Of a stretch of 63,911 nucleotides of DNA, positions 27,001-36,830 are shown one piece after another. This DNA comes from a virus (Duplodnaviria > Caudoviricetes). The stretch spans positions 1-63,911 of IMG/VR virus record IMGVR_UViG_3300021437_000017; one strand, given 5' to 3'. The number at the start of each line of letters is the position of its first letter. The stretch's first letter is position 1. The notes beneath the pieces are model-generated. The model saw only the letters and a program-made list of their open reading frames with translations. It was not told the origin of the DNA and made no database searches. The translations under genes were made by a program, and so were the position numbers.

Positions 27001-30000
27001 AGGCGCGGGGCGTTGACTAAATACGCGACTGAGGATTTGAGCGATATCGCAAGGTTGCTGAAAGACCGTGGCTACACGATAGATACGGATACCGTGGATG
27101 GCGGCGCGCAGCAAGTTCGCGACATGATTGCCGACGAGATGGCCAATCCCGGAACTCACCGTTCCGCCTTTGATGAACAGGCGGTATTCGACCAATTGAG
27201 CCGTGAACGCAAGGCCGCTGAGAAGGCAGAGGCGGAGGCTGCGACGGCCTTGGCTGGACCAGCCCCTTCTGGTTGGAATACAATGACTGAGGAGCAACAA
27301 AATGCGGAACTCGATTCCCTCTTTGGCGAACCTGCCAAAGCACCTGAAACCGCTCGCGCGCCAGTTGATCAAGGCGAAGTGGGACAAGGAAAGCCAGCCC
27401 TCGAACTCACCGGCCAGACCGCCGACGAAGCCCGCGCCGAAGCAGAGCGCGTAGCCGCAATAGACAAACGGGAAGCGGCTGACAAAGCCGCTCTTGCCGC
27501 AGAAGAAACGCGGAAGGCCAATCAGGCCGAAACTGATCGGCGCAAAGCCGAAGTCCTTGCCGAGCGCGAAGCCGCGAAGAAAGCGGAAATCGAGAAAGCT
27601 CGCGTTGAATTTGCGCTAGGTCAGGAAGCTCCGAAGCCGGTAGTTAAGAAAGTGACGACGGACGAGGCGGCCGGGCAGGGAGATTTGCTAGCGTCAGTCA
27701 AGATTGCCAGCGGAACAAACCTAGCTCCCGATCTGTCCGCTTCAGTCGAATCCGCGCTAACCGACGCCGATAAGGCCGAAGCCGCCCGCGAACTTGGTGA
27801 AAAAGAATGGTCACCGTCCGCGTCCAAGAAGTTCCTGCAAGGCTATGCCGAATGGTTGCAACAAGGCGCAAAGAATGTCGCCACCACTCTCGGCAAGCTG
27901 TTCCAGAAGGTCTACGAGGCTACGCGCAACGGGTTGCTGTCGATTGCTGTCGCCATGAATTTCAACGTGGCGCAGCCGATCATGCCGGTGATGGTCAAGC
28001 CGACTCAGCAAACGCTCACTGAAATCAGAGAGAAGCCGCGCGCTGATTTCAAGGGCGTTTCAGCTTCCGCTGACGCGCACATTACCGCTGACTGGATGGT
28101 GCGGAATGGCTTGACCAAGGGCGGTCCGTTCTTGCTGGCCGACAAGCTTAATGGTGTAATGTATGCCTTTGACGGCGACGGGGCGCTGATCGCAAAATCC
28201 CCGGCGCTGTTCGGTGCCTCGAAGGGCGATATCCTAACCGCAGAACAGGCCGCGAAGCCAATCGAACAGACGACCCAAGCCGACAAGATTACGCCGGCCG
28301 GAATATACCCGGCACAAATCAAATCCGGCGAGTACGGAAACAGCCTTTATTTCGCTGACTATGGTGCAACACAGCTTGCCGTGCATCGCGTCTACCTCGG
28401 GACCCCATCTGAGCAGCGGATGCAACGCCTGCAATCGGAAAACCCGAACGACAACCGTATATCCTACGGCTGTATCAATGCGCTGCCGGAATTTATCGAC
28501 AACGTAATCATTCCTAACTTTGCCGGCAAATCGCAGGTCGTCATCCTGCCGGATTCGACCAGCGCGGAATCATACTTCGGCATTAACGACAACGCATTCG
28601 AGACAACTACCACCACGATCACGAGCGACACGCACAGCGCAACGGCGGTATCGTGGGGTGGCGACAAGTATGCTATCCGTGACGAACGTCAAGCCGAACC
28701 TAGCAGAGCCACTACGCGCAGGCGCAAAGGCGAAATCGACAAGGGCGTGGCTAGGGAGGCAGCGGTTGGCCAAGGTGATTTGCTGGCACAACCGAAACAA
28801 GCATACAATCCAGACCAACTGGAACTCATCTATGACCACACGCCCACCAGACCCGGCACGACAGATGTTCAGCGACGGCTCGGCATTGCTGCATTACGCG
28901 GACTCTTCGGTGGTGATCGTCGAGCGGGCGCCACGTTACTTGGTTCCGCTTTATGGCGCGATTTCCAAGAACGTGCCGGCGCCGAACTCATCGGGCAACA
29001 AGCCGGAAGCGCCTCAGAGCTTGCCTTAGCTGCGCAGATCCTGCGCGACCCGCGCTTCGAGACGATGCGGGTATTCTTTGTCAAGGCGGGGCAAATCGTT
29101 GGGCATACCGGATGGACTTCGCGCCTGCCGGGTTCCGTAGCGTTTTCCATTGAAACCTCCGCGGTATCGAAACGCGTCAAGGCTGGCGAGACCGGCGTGG
29201 GAGCCAACCTTCGCAGGGCGCTCCTGAAGCACGAAATGGCACAATTAGAAGCAGACGGTTATTACGTCCTGCACAATCATCCGTCCGGACGCGCTATTCC
29301 GAGCCGTGCCGATGAGGAAATGACGATCAGACTGGCGAAAGAAATGCCGGGATTCTTGGGGCATGTGGTCATCGACCACAACGAAGCCGCGGTAATTGAC
29401 AAAAATGGAAAGAGCAACGTCGGGCGCTTCTCAGATTTAGGGTTCCCGCCTCAGACTAAAAGGATGCCAGAGGTTGCGCACGACGTTCTTGGTATGCCAA
29501 TAGTAGGCCCGTCGGGGATCGTGGCCGTTGGCAATATGCTGGAGACCAAGAAGGGCTACGCAACGCTCATAGCCACGAATGCTCAAGGTCAAGTTCAGGC
29601 ATTGGCCGAAGTCCCTGAAACCATGCTGCTCGAAGGCAAAGACCCGATGCAGCGCGGTCGCGCGCTAGTCCGCATTCGAAAGTTCATGAACGGGACCGGC
29701 AGCGCAGGCGGCGCTTTCATAGTTGCTGAGAATCCTGCGCGTTTCGATTGGCTCATCAAGAAAGGTGCCTTGACTGATGCCGTTGACACGAAGCCAGACA
29801 ATGACGGGCATCATGCTACACGCAGCCAATGGGGGGTTCTGCAGCCGCGTCATGTGACTGAATATGGACACGGATCGCGGATGGTGCTGGCAGCGAGGCA
29901 GATGGTATGGAATGAACCCGAAAGAGCCGAGCAACCCAAGCCGGGATACAATATCAACGAAGCGCGTTCCGCCGTAGCCGGAAACTCTCCAATGAATTCA

Positions 30001-32751
30001 GCGCGGCTTTTATTCGATGATCTGACGCGCTCTGACCGCGTGTTGAACAGGGTCATCAGCAAGGTCAACACGCCATTTCATATCGCAGAAACTCATCCAT
30101 CATTTGCTCCGGTCTATCAAGAGGCACAGGACTTCAACCACGACATATCGAGGGTGGCGAATGAAGCCGCTGACCTTGCCCCTGATCTGCTGCCGCGCAT
30201 CGAGAAGTTTTCTGACTTCGCAAAGAAAGCGCCATCGCAAGTGGATATTGATGCGGTTCAATCCGCGCTGAACGAAGGAACTCTGTGGGGTGGCGGCAAT
30301 CCCATGGATGGCAAGGTGTGGACGGATGATGAGTTGCGCACGGGGTCGGCGGTTACGACTTCGACGAACGGTCAATCGGTCAGGATGGCCAACGTCTTTA
30401 CGCCGCTGAACGACAGACAGATCAAGGTCTACCGGCAGGCGCTCGCTTCCGCTGCGCACACGATGGATGAGCACGCCAAGTCGCTAATCTCCCGCATAGC
30501 CAGAACGCACAAGATTACGATCGACAACGGCATGGGCCTTGCTGACGTAGCGCAAGTGGCGAGAGATAAGGCTGATGCGAAGATCGCTGGCCTTACACTC
30601 AGAATGCAGTCGATGAACGACATGGGCGAGCGCGATGAATCTCAGAAGAAAATCGACGAACTCAATGCGTTCAAGGCGTCTGTTTCAGACATCGAGAATA
30701 AGACCAATCGTCTTAATGCCCACGGTTATTTCCCTCTGATGCGTTTCGGGAAATATGCGGTCAACGTCCACCAGATGCGTCCTGACGGAACGCGGGAAGA
30801 ACTGTTCTTCGGGCGATACGAAACGCAGGAAGCTGCAAACATCGCAAGGCGAGAACTCGGAAACGAATATCCACAAGGCATCGTTACCAGCGGCATAATG
30901 AATGACGAAGCCTACAAGATTTTTCAAGGGTTAAATGTCGATGCCTTGCAGCACTTTGCCGAACACATGAAGGATGAACAAGGCAATCCGATGTCCGCCG
31001 ATCCTGTCATGCAGGCATATTTCAGGATGGCGGCAACCGAGCGCAGCGTCATGAAACGCCAGATTCATCGCAAGGGCGTGGCTGGATATTCCAAGGATTT
31101 GTCGCGCGTGTTGGCGCAGTTCACTGTTTCTACCGCTAGAAGCACGTCGAGCAATTATCACGGGGCAGAGATGCTTTCCCGCGTGCAGGATGTTAAGGGC
31201 GGTGACTTGCAAGCCTACGCAACGAGATATGTCCGTTACGTTTCCGACCCGCAGGAAGAATCCCAGATGATGCGGGGATTCCTCGCGAATTATTATATTC
31301 TCGGATCGCTTGCTTTCGGTGCAATCAACATGACGCAGCCGGTTCTCGTGACCGCACCATACCTGTCCAAGTTCACGAACTACGGAAACGGCGTCAGGCA
31401 ACTGGCCAAAGCAGCATACGATTATGCGACAGGGCGCAAGAGGCTTACCAAGGCCGAGGCGATTGCCTACGAGAAAGGCGTCAAGGAAGGCATCATCGCG
31501 CCGCAGGAAATCCATCAGATTAGGGCGGAAGGAGCCGCGTCGATGTTGGGCGACAGCCCGACGTGGAACAAACTGACGAGCGTCATGGAAAGCATGGGGA
31601 TCAAGATTCCGAGCCGCCTCGCCTTCCGCAAGGCAATGTTCCTGTGGGGTTCTATCTACAGTCTTACGGAGCAGTTCAACCGCGGGACGACATTCCTTGC
31701 CGCATACCGAATAGCCGTAGAAAAAAAGATGGATCACCCATACGAATTCGCTCGCGAGGCAGTCGAGGCAACTCAGTTCACCTACAATAAGGCAAACCGG
31801 GTTGAATTGAGCCGCGGCAACATCGGAAGTGTAATTATGACGTTTAAGCAGTTCAATATCAGCTACATTGAACTGGCGAAGCGTCTTTACGACACAGACA
31901 AGAAAGCCTTCGCGGTCATGATGCTCACGCTCATGGTTTTTGCTGGAATGCAGGGCCTCCCATTTGCCGAGGACGCGGAGGATATCATCGACACAATCGG
32001 CCAGTGGCTTGGCTACGGCACGAACAGCAAGAAGGCATTGCGGAAACTGGCAACGGAATATCTTGGCAAGGACATGGCGGAAGTGTTGCTGAATGGCACA
32101 AGCGCGATACCAGGGATGCCGCTCGACGTATCGGCCCGGATGGGGATGCACAACCTGATTCCTGGCTCGGCCATGCTCAAGGCATCCGAGCCTGATAAAA
32201 CACGGGACATCATGGAAATACTAGGGCCGGCCGCGACGCTATTCAAGAACGTCGGGACGGCCACGGAAGGACTCGCCACGGGGCGCCCGAGTGAAACCAA
32301 GGCATTGCTGCCAAGCGCGTTACAGAACCTCGCCAAAGGCGTGGATATGGTCGAGACGGGTGTCTACAGGGATTCCAAAGGCAGGAAGGTGATGGATGCC
32401 AGCGCGGCCGATGCCTTTGTGAAAATGGTCGGATTCCAGCCGGCAGAAGTGGCGCGCGAAACTCGCATCGTGGGCCAGAATCAGCAGGACATCGCCATGC
32501 AGCGTGTCATGGAAGACGCCATTGCGTCGCAGATGGCGCGAGGGTTGATGGAGCGTGACAAGGAAGCTATCGAGGAAGCCAAGCGCAAGATGATTCAATG
32601 GAACACTGACAATCCTGGCCTTAGAGTGGCAATTAATGCCGGGCAGATTGCGAGAAGGATCAGGGAAATCGGTATGTCACGCGAGCAGAGGTTTATAAAG
32701 TCCGCGCCGCGTGAGATTCGGCAAAGTGTCGGTCAGGACATCAGGCAGTGA
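24040..32751 (+). CDS. Large polyvalent internal virion protein (inorganic-pyrophosphatase-like, L,D-transpeptidase-like, JAB/RadC, PLxRFG domains)
   Basis: AGNYKKG...ISIENPAGS...HYGY...DVFV...FDESK (about 26330-26790); AVHRVY...ISYGCIN (about 28060-28570); HNHPSG...S..D (about 29030-29420); GYFPLMRFGKY (about 30724). Confidence 0.85.
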   Translation: MADFTPVNWEDVSPGIGITSEQKGAMADKILAEQNRGSQIAGELKSARPEFTPMDWGSRMPGLGQKIEPLVAPKENRIKDTVSELGRSIWEGLTVHTPASVAAAYQGMDVSDEGISGFLIDRSKALQQQRAAEPGGDRPSAIPGIKMQDVRDLGQNLGFSLTAMGAGLAAGIPASVVGSLATPAAGAVAGYGAGMAAAGKVGYNMDVNQVTRQLKDAADEESQRVNGRPQTPEEWQSKLSEMKGEIQKHGLYEAIPEALGSGAGFAILTTAAKVFGKGVVARFASKLGALYGEEMLTETVTQMGQQNAETRMGLHRGEKERSFTSPEDWLKSAKEVAPQIFLLTTLTAGAGKAIQMAHQAGQPSAPNAPETPPLPTGQPTPPAAAAPAVAPPMQPTPVISPDMPGQLGSVGPIPEGQAIAEGYSIPNPPGYQIPSIDFALTGIDLARSDAQKLKAGQDLPAGDPIRLRNATLVSVYGENAAVRHVIEQPDRFAAIGDAMFMVAPTVERVRGAIGAKAEGLDITPDILGAIDEFAKMKENGHTLGQAMAHSVAHDISYEGQQLMAFLDEHQNDPQKIAQFIENYLHEVEMASGVPSQVRGRAFDIIQERNAAKQKELEKLRAEAEAKAARQKESEVGRMGNQAATEVKVKQSNEREKATLQGAETALAAAFKNAKSLKRKGKPNAKPSPEGNGGLPPATPSNPQGGAGQGEPVAGRRSGPVPQPNQAAAQVNAQPVRETRNRQGAGEKPVNRAAAILAELKPLDQAAHEAATSPLNNVAAPTPSQIEAGNYKKGAVRVGGLEISIENPAGSKRRPEWPALKSHYGYVKGVLARSPDKEHTDVFVKPGTSEDYNGPVFVVDQNRANGRFDESKTMIGWSTAAEARAAYLENYTKGFESRIRSITELSMDEYKAKLRDASAFLKPQAAPKRPNRGRAMAEERKKAAQAKPESHLFAAIKEMGGIASSLMRDLTGESNAVGKKGVRSDIFRRRGALTKYATEDLSDIARLLKDRGYTIDTDTVDGGAQQVRDMIADEMANPGTHRSAFDEQAVFDQLSRERKAAEKAEAEAATALAGPAPSGWNTMTEEQQNAELDSLFGEPAKAPETARAPVDQGEVGQGKPALELTGQTADEARAEAERVAAIDKREAADKAALAAEETRKANQAETDRRKAEVLAEREAAKKAEIEKARVEFALGQEAPKPVVKKVTTDEAAGQGDLLASVKIASGTNLAPDLSASVESALTDADKAEAARELGEKEWSPSASKKFLQGYAEWLQQGAKNVATTLGKLFQKVYEATRNGLLSIAVAMNFNVAQPIMPVMVKPTQQTLTEIREKPRADFKGVSASADAHITADWMVRNGLTKGGPFLLADKLNGVMYAFDGDGALIAKSPALFGASKGDILTAEQAAKPIEQTTQADKITPAGIYPAQIKSGEYGNSLYFADYGATQLAVHRVYLGTPSEQRMQRLQSENPNDNRISYGCINALPEFIDNVIIPNFAGKSQVVILPDSTSAESYFGINDNAFETTTTTITSDTHSATAVSWGGDKYAIRDERQAEPSRATTRRRKGEIDKGVAREAAVGQGDLLAQPKQAYNPDQLELIYDHTPTRPGTTDVQRRLGIAALRGLFGGDRRAGATLLGSALWRDFQERAGAELIGQQAGSASELALAAQILRDPRFETMRVFFVKAGQIVGHTGWTSRLPGSVAFSIETSAVSKRVKAGETGVGANLRRALLKHEMAQLEADGYYVLHNHPSGRAIPSRADEEMTIRLAKEMPGFLGHVVIDHNEAAVIDKNGKSNVGRFSDLGFPPQTKRMPEVAHDVLGMPIVGPSGIVAVGNMLETKKGYATLIATNAQGQVQALAEVPETMLLEGKDPMQRGRALVRIRKFMNGTGSAGGAFIVAENPARFDWLIKKGALTDAVDTKPDNDGHHATRSQWGVLQPRHVTEYGHGSRMVLAARQMVWNEPERAEQPKPGYNINEARSAVAGNSPMNSARLLFDDLTRSDRVLNRVISKVNTPFHIAETHPSFAPVYQEAQDFNHDISRVANEAADLAPDLLPRIEKFSDFAKKAPSQVDIDAVQSALNEGTLWGGGNPMDGKVWTDDELRTGSAVTTSTNGQSVRMANVFTPLNDRQIKVYRQALASAAHTMDEHAKSLISRIARTHKITIDNGMGLADVAQVARDKADAKIAGLTLRMQSMNDMGERDESQKKIDELNAFKASVSDIENKTNRLNAHGYFPLMRFGKYAVNVHQMRPDGTREELFFGRYETQEAANIARRELGNEYPQGIVTSGIMNDEAYKIFQGLNVDALQHFAEHMKDEQGNPMSADPVMQAYFRMAATERSVMKRQIHRKGVAGYSKDLSRVLAQFTVSTARSTSSNYHGAEMLSRVQDVKGGDLQAYATRYVRYVSDPQEESQMMRGFLANYYILGSLAFGAINMTQPVLVTAPYLSKFTNYGNGVRQLAKAAYDYATGRKRLTKAEAIAYEKGVKEGIIAPQEIHQIRAEGAASMLGDSPTWNKLTSVMESMGIKIPSRLAFRKAMFLWGSIYSLTEQFNRGTTFLAAYRIAVEKKMDHPYEFAREAVEATQFTYNKANRVELSRGNIGSVIMTFKQFNISYIELAKRLYDTDKKAFAVMMLTLMVFAGMQGLPFAEDAEDIIDTIGQWLGYGTNSKKALRKLATEYLGKDMAEVLLNGTSAIPGMPLDVSARMGMHNLIPGSAMLKASEPDKTRDIMEILGPAATLFKNVGTATEGLATGRPSETKALLPSALQNLAKGVDMVETGVYRDSKGRKVMDASAADAFVKMVGFQPAEVARETRIVGQNQQDIAMQRVMEDAIASQMARGLMERDKEAIEEAKRKMIQWNTDNPGLRVAINAGQIARRIREIGMSREQRFIKSAPREIRQSVGQDIRQ

Positions 32752-32870
32752 TCGTATTCTGGATTCTCGCCTATCTTATATTCTTTGCAGCAGTGTGCTA
32801 CGTCTCAGACAAGTTCTCCCCGCTTGTTGGCCTTGGCGGATTACTGCTGGCGATATGGCTGATGTACTGA
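32748..32870 (+). CDS. Small hydrophobic membrane protein, 40 aa (not in ORF track)
   Basis: GTGA overlap with upstream stop; MIVFWILAYLIFFAAVCYVSDKFSPLVGLGGLLLAIWLMY*. Confidence 0.45.
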   Translation: MIVFWILAYLIFFAAVCYVSDKFSPLVGLGGLLLAIWLMY

Positions 32871-33083
32871 CTAACCATTCATCGGCGTAATCTGCCGCGC
32901 TTCTTCCTGCGTGGTCAGTCGAATGTGTATTCCATCCTCACTCTGAAATGCTATCACGGCAGGACGCTTGTCCCCGTCTTCGATGGCCTGAATTGAATCC
33001 ATGTCCGCTTGCGTTATGAGCATCTCAACAATGCCGAGCTTGCGAAAAACCATCACCAATGCCTTATGCCATTCGTCCATCAA
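32871..33083 (-). CDS. Hypothetical protein
   Basis: Overlaps the stop of the GT2 gene; last gene of the sugar operon. Confidence 0.55.
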   Translation of the reverse strand: MMDEWHKALVMVFRKLGIVEMLITQADMDSIQAIEDGDKRPAVIAFQSEDGIHIRLTTQEEARQITPMNG

Positions 33084-33979
33084 AGTACTCCCGGTGTTAG
33101 TCCGTGTTCATGCAATACTTCCCGCGCTCTCAACCAAGCCCCGGTCTGTCCAAGCACCATCTGGATGACCGCACTCCAATCATCGGCGGGTACCCCATCA
33201 GGATGGAACTCCTGCGCAAGCGTTGCGCAGCGATCATACAGGTTGCAGAGTTGGAAGTGGTTTAACTCGGCAACCCTCAAGGCATCCTCGCCAGTTGCGG
33301 CTCTCAACTTGCCTTGAAATCCCATGTTCGTAAGGCTGGCTACCTCGCAATGAACGTGCTGCGGATTCGACACGACGTAGAATCCCTTGTCTAATGCTGC
33401 CAGCCAGCCCCAGAGAACGTCCGGCGTATGCTTGCCAGCCAGCGCAGCATACTTAGCCAAGAACTCCCTGCTGTATCCGCCAATCGTCGAGCCGTAGGCG
33501 AGCCGCATCAGGCCCTCTCCAGCCTTGATATAGCCACTCTCACGCGGATAACCAGACACGGACTGGCGGTTAGTCTCCCCCGGCTTTTCAAAAAACATCG
33601 TGCAGGCAACCGCAGAGCATGGATTGGCATCAACGGCTTCCATGCAGATCTTAACGCGATCAGGAAGGCTGTAGTCATCCGCTGACGCTTGGAATATCCA
33701 GTCGCACTCTGGCGAAGTCTGCTGCCATAGCCAGTCCATGTGCCTATTGGCCGCTTCCATGCTGAACGGAAGATCGATAGGACATTGTACGATCTTGACG
33801 GTGTGATGCGTCGGACCGAAAGAGTCAACCGTGTCGCGCATAATTTGCAAAGTCTGGTCCGTTGAACATTGATCGCTTAACACGACCTCGCATGGATATG
33901 TTTGCTCAAGAGCGCCACGGACGGAACGGGCGACATAATCCTGCTTCTGGCGGGCGTTGATTACGAAGGCGGCGCGCAT
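33080..33979 (-). CDS. GT2-family glycosyltransferase
   Basis: YVARSVRGALEQTYPCEVVLSDQCSTDQT; ASADDYSLPDRV. Confidence 0.85.
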   Translation of the reverse strand: MRAAFVINARQKQDYVARSVRGALEQTYPCEVVLSDQCSTDQTLQIMRDTVDSFGPTHHTVKIVQCPIDLPFSMEAANRHMDWLWQQTSPECDWIFQASADDYSLPDRVKICMEAVDANPCSAVACTMFFEKPGETNRQSVSGYPRESGYIKAGEGLMRLAYGSTIGGYSREFLAKYAALAGKHTPDVLWGWLAALDKGFYVVSNPQHVHCEVASLTNMGFQGKLRAATGEDALRVAELNHFQLCNLYDRCATLAQEFHPDGVPADDWSAVIQMVLGQTGAWLRAREVLHEHGLTPGVL

Positions 33980-35109
33980 TAGATGAACTCCACTTGCGGT
34001 GGCGTGGGAGTTGTAGGGAATGTTGCGTCACCGTTTTTGAGATCGAAAAGAAATTTGTTTGCCAAGTGTTGCAAACAATTTGGAGGGCATCTTGTTTGTG
34101 GATTGAACTGATCAGACCCGATATACCGCATGACCTCCCAATACCGCTCGCTCTTGAAGATGTCTCTGAATCTCGTGCGCATGATGTTGCCAATGTGGAA
34201 CGCCTTGTACTTCTCGTTGAAAAACGGACCACACGTAGCAATCAGGCCGTTTCCGCTCATCTGCAATATGAATGGTGGTCCATAGCAGCGAGTATATTGA
34301 CGCACAGCAGCTTTCCCGATGCGGTTCCACTTGGCTACTATGCGCGTCCTGTCATCGGTTAGTGCCTCGCACTCCTTGAAGGTATCCTCCAGCGCATCGT
34401 AGTCGGCATAGTTCACCTTGATCATGCCGTCATCGTCGGTCGCGCAGTGCTTGATTACCGCATAGTGAACGCCAAGCTCCTTCGCAAGGTGGGCGAACGG
34501 CAGCAACTGATCAGAGTCCTTCGGCTCTAATACCAAATTCATATTCACGTTGCATTCAAGCCCGCTGGAGTTGACGATATCCATCGCATCACGGATATTC
34601 TGACTCACCTTGTCGTAAATTGCTGGCTTCACTCCCATGATTTCAGAGTAGCGTTTGCGAGTCCCGGCGGAGAAATTGAAGCGCAGGTATGACACGCTAG
34701 GCAGGATGCGCTCAAGCAACGGACGTTCGAGCGCGATGCCGTTTGAGCCAAGCCCGATCTTGATGCCTAGCCTCCCTGCGTACTCGATGGAGTCTGCGTA
34801 GTAGTCAACCAGCGTAGACTCGCCGTCGCTGATAAGGCTGATCCCCTTGACGCCTATTTCGGCGGCGTCATCGAGGAACTCCCATGCCTTCTCGCGCGGA
34901 ATGTCCAGAGCGGGGGATGCCGATGCCTGGGTCTTGGCGGCGCAAAACGAGCAGGCTGCGTTGCAACGGCGCGACCACGCAATATCCATGGTGATTGGAG
35001 CCACCCTCTCGCCCCTCATCCAAGCCTCGACTCGCTCCTTGTGCCAGCCTATTTTAGTACCGTCGATAATCAGCCTTGCCGTCATCTCGTTCGCGACTTC
35101 GCTGCTCAT
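33979..35109 (-). CDS. Radical SAM/SPASM enzyme (sugar-modifying type)
   Basis: CNAACSFC (CxxxCxxC); C-terminal CYGP...C...CPPNC. Confidence 0.85.
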   Translation of the reverse strand: MSSEVANEMTARLIIDGTKIGWHKERVEAWMRGERVAPITMDIAWSRRCNAACSFCAAKTQASASPALDIPREKAWEFLDDAAEIGVKGISLISDGESTLVDYYADSIEYAGRLGIKIGLGSNGIALERPLLERILPSVSYLRFNFSAGTRKRYSEIMGVKPAIYDKVSQNIRDAMDIVNSSGLECNVNMNLVLEPKDSDQLLPFAHLAKELGVHYAVIKHCATDDDGMIKVNYADYDALEDTFKECEALTDDRTRIVAKWNRIGKAAVRQYTRCYGPPFILQMSGNGLIATCGPFFNEKYKAFHIGNIMRTRFRDIFKSERYWEVMRYIGSDQFNPQTRCPPNCLQHLANKFLFDLKNGDATFPTTPTPPQVEFI

Positions 35110-35276
35110 AGCGATTCCTCTTTTATCATCTTCTTCGCCGCATCCAAGTATATTCCGGCCGGAAACTGCTCTTCCAATGGTCTGTCCAAGTCCACGATGA
35201 CTGGCTCTAGCGGAACCGGAAGATCAAGCAATGCAAAGTTACCGCTGCCATTCGGATTCACGACCCCGAGTTTCAT
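35106..35276 (-). CDS. Hypothetical 56-aa protein (not in ORF track)
   Basis: ATGA couplings on both sides; MKLGVVNPNGSGNF... Confidence 0.5.
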   Translation of the reverse strand: MKLGVVNPNGSGNFALLDLPVPLEPVIVDLDRPLEEQFPAGIYLDAAKKMIKEESL

Positions 35277-35461
35277 TTTGCGCGCCTTGCATCCATGATA
35301 ACCCGAAGTTGCGAATCGTCTTTCATCCTATGCTTATACACGCGGCAATCAAGCCCCGATATCTTCCTCAAATTTACCTCGAAGTCGAATAACGCTTTGG
35401 CTTGGCAGTCATCAGGCACTCCGTCGCCGAAACTGACAATTACTTTGATAGGATCGCTCAT
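35273..35461 (-). CDS. Hypothetical protein
   Basis: ATGA-coupled within operon. Confidence 0.55.
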   Translation of the reverse strand: MSDPIKVIVSFGDGVPDDCQAKALFDFEVNLRKISGLDCRVYKHRMKDDSQLRVIMDARRAK

Positions 35462-36123
35462 TTAGACACGCTCATATTCTCCTCATACTCGGCGCGATCC
35501 AAAAACGGATACATGTCACTGATGTCGCCAGAGCTTACAGAACCGTCAGAATTCTTGCGCGACTGCACGCGGGGGATTAGTGGCTGGTCTGGCGGCATGG
35601 CAATCTCGCAAATTGCGGGGCCAGTATAGTCTAGGATGCGGTCTAAAAACAGGCGGACATCTTGGGCATCGTCCAGACATGAATAATGAATGTCGTACGC
35701 ATTTGACAAAGGAATTAAGTCAGGAAACGATATACCACTTCCATCGTCACTGCCAACCCTGCGTCCGAAATGGTTATCCTGCATGTGTTTGATCGTAAGA
35801 TACCCGCCGTTATTCAAGACGAAGATGATGATAGGAAGCTTGTGATGGGCTATTGTGGCAAGTTCCTGGATGTTGAATTGGAAGTCTCCGTCGCCAACAA
35901 TACACACGACCTTCTTGCCCGTAGCAAATACGGCCCCTATCGACGCGGGTAATGCGTAACCCATCGCCGAGTAGCCCGGAGCCGAAAGCCAGCGCTGGCC
36001 GATCTTCATTTTGGCCGCTTGATATGTGCAAGTGAACGATGTTCCGGTTCCGACAACCACTGTGGCGTCCGCTGGGAGCGCATCAGAAAGTAGTTTGATA
36101 AAATAATAACTGTTGATACTCAT
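35458..36123 (-). CDS. TPP-dependent enzyme (acetolactate-synthase/YerE-like), C-terminal TPP-binding half
   Basis: AMGYALPASIGA; VGDGDFQFNIQEL...LNNGGY. Confidence 0.88.
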   Translation of the reverse strand: MSINSYYFIKLLSDALPADATVVVGTGTSFTCTYQAAKMKIGQRWLSAPGYSAMGYALPASIGAVFATGKKVVCIVGDGDFQFNIQELATIAHHKLPIIIFVLNNGGYLTIKHMQDNHFGRRVGSDDGSGISFPDLIPLSNAYDIHYSCLDDAQDVRLFLDRILDYTGPAICEIAMPPDQPLIPRVQSRKNSDGSVSSGDISDMYPFLDRAEYEENMSVSK

Positions 36124-36830
36124 AGAAGAAACCCGCGCTGCTGCATGAAGGTAATTGGGTCTTTATCGCGTTTTGACGAATTGCATGACAAACAGACAAG
36201 TTGAATATTGGTAATCCAATCAGAGCCTCCGCGAGACAGCGGTTTAATATGGTCTTTGCAATATGGTTTAGGAAGATCATGACTACAAATAGCGCATTTT
36301 CCTTTTTGGAGATCAAATAATGTTCTAACTTCAGATGCGTTGTGGTGTCCATCAGCGCCGTGATTAAGTGCGCGCCTTTTTGCTGCGTGAGCCATTCCAT
36401 TGTCTGGGTTGCGGCGCTTCCATTCGGCGCCAGCTTTATTAACGCGTAATTTGTTTGCAATTCTCCACGCACGATCAACGGCCAGATAGTGATCTGGTTT
36501 AGCGGCTCGGCATCGCATCTTAATAGCGCGGTATTTTTCAGGGTTGGCTGCTCTGCGCTTCTGTTCTGCTGCACGCCGTTTCCCTGGATTTGCCTCGCGC
36601 CATGCTTTATTAATTTCCGTTAGCCTTTCCTTTTGTTCCTGATAACGAGCGGAATGATAATGTTTTTCACAAAGTTCCTTAGCTTTAGATGGCAATCCGC
36701 ATACAGAACAAGGAGGTTTTGGTTTCCTCTTACTGATATACGACGTAACATGCCTCTTGGCGTCATAATGACGTTGGCAAAGACCTTTTGCCATTTGAGG
36801 GTTTTCGCACGATGGGGCAGAGCAAATCAT
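36120..36830 (-). mobile_element. Free-standing HNH homing endonuclease splitting the TPP enzyme gene
   Basis: CAIC...KDHIKPLSRGGSDWITNIQLVCLSCNSSK; two N-terminal zinc-binding repeats; ATGA overlaps at both ends. Confidence 0.88.

Noticed and set aside
30931-32151. Long antisense ORFs (also 3376-4287 and 61903-62733)
   Set aside because: Shadow frames of well-supported genes; no motifs
36120-36830. Group I intron carrying the HNH gene
   Set aside because: The HNH ORF abuts both flanking ORFs by ATGA overlaps, leaving no visible intron core; RT-PCR would be decisive
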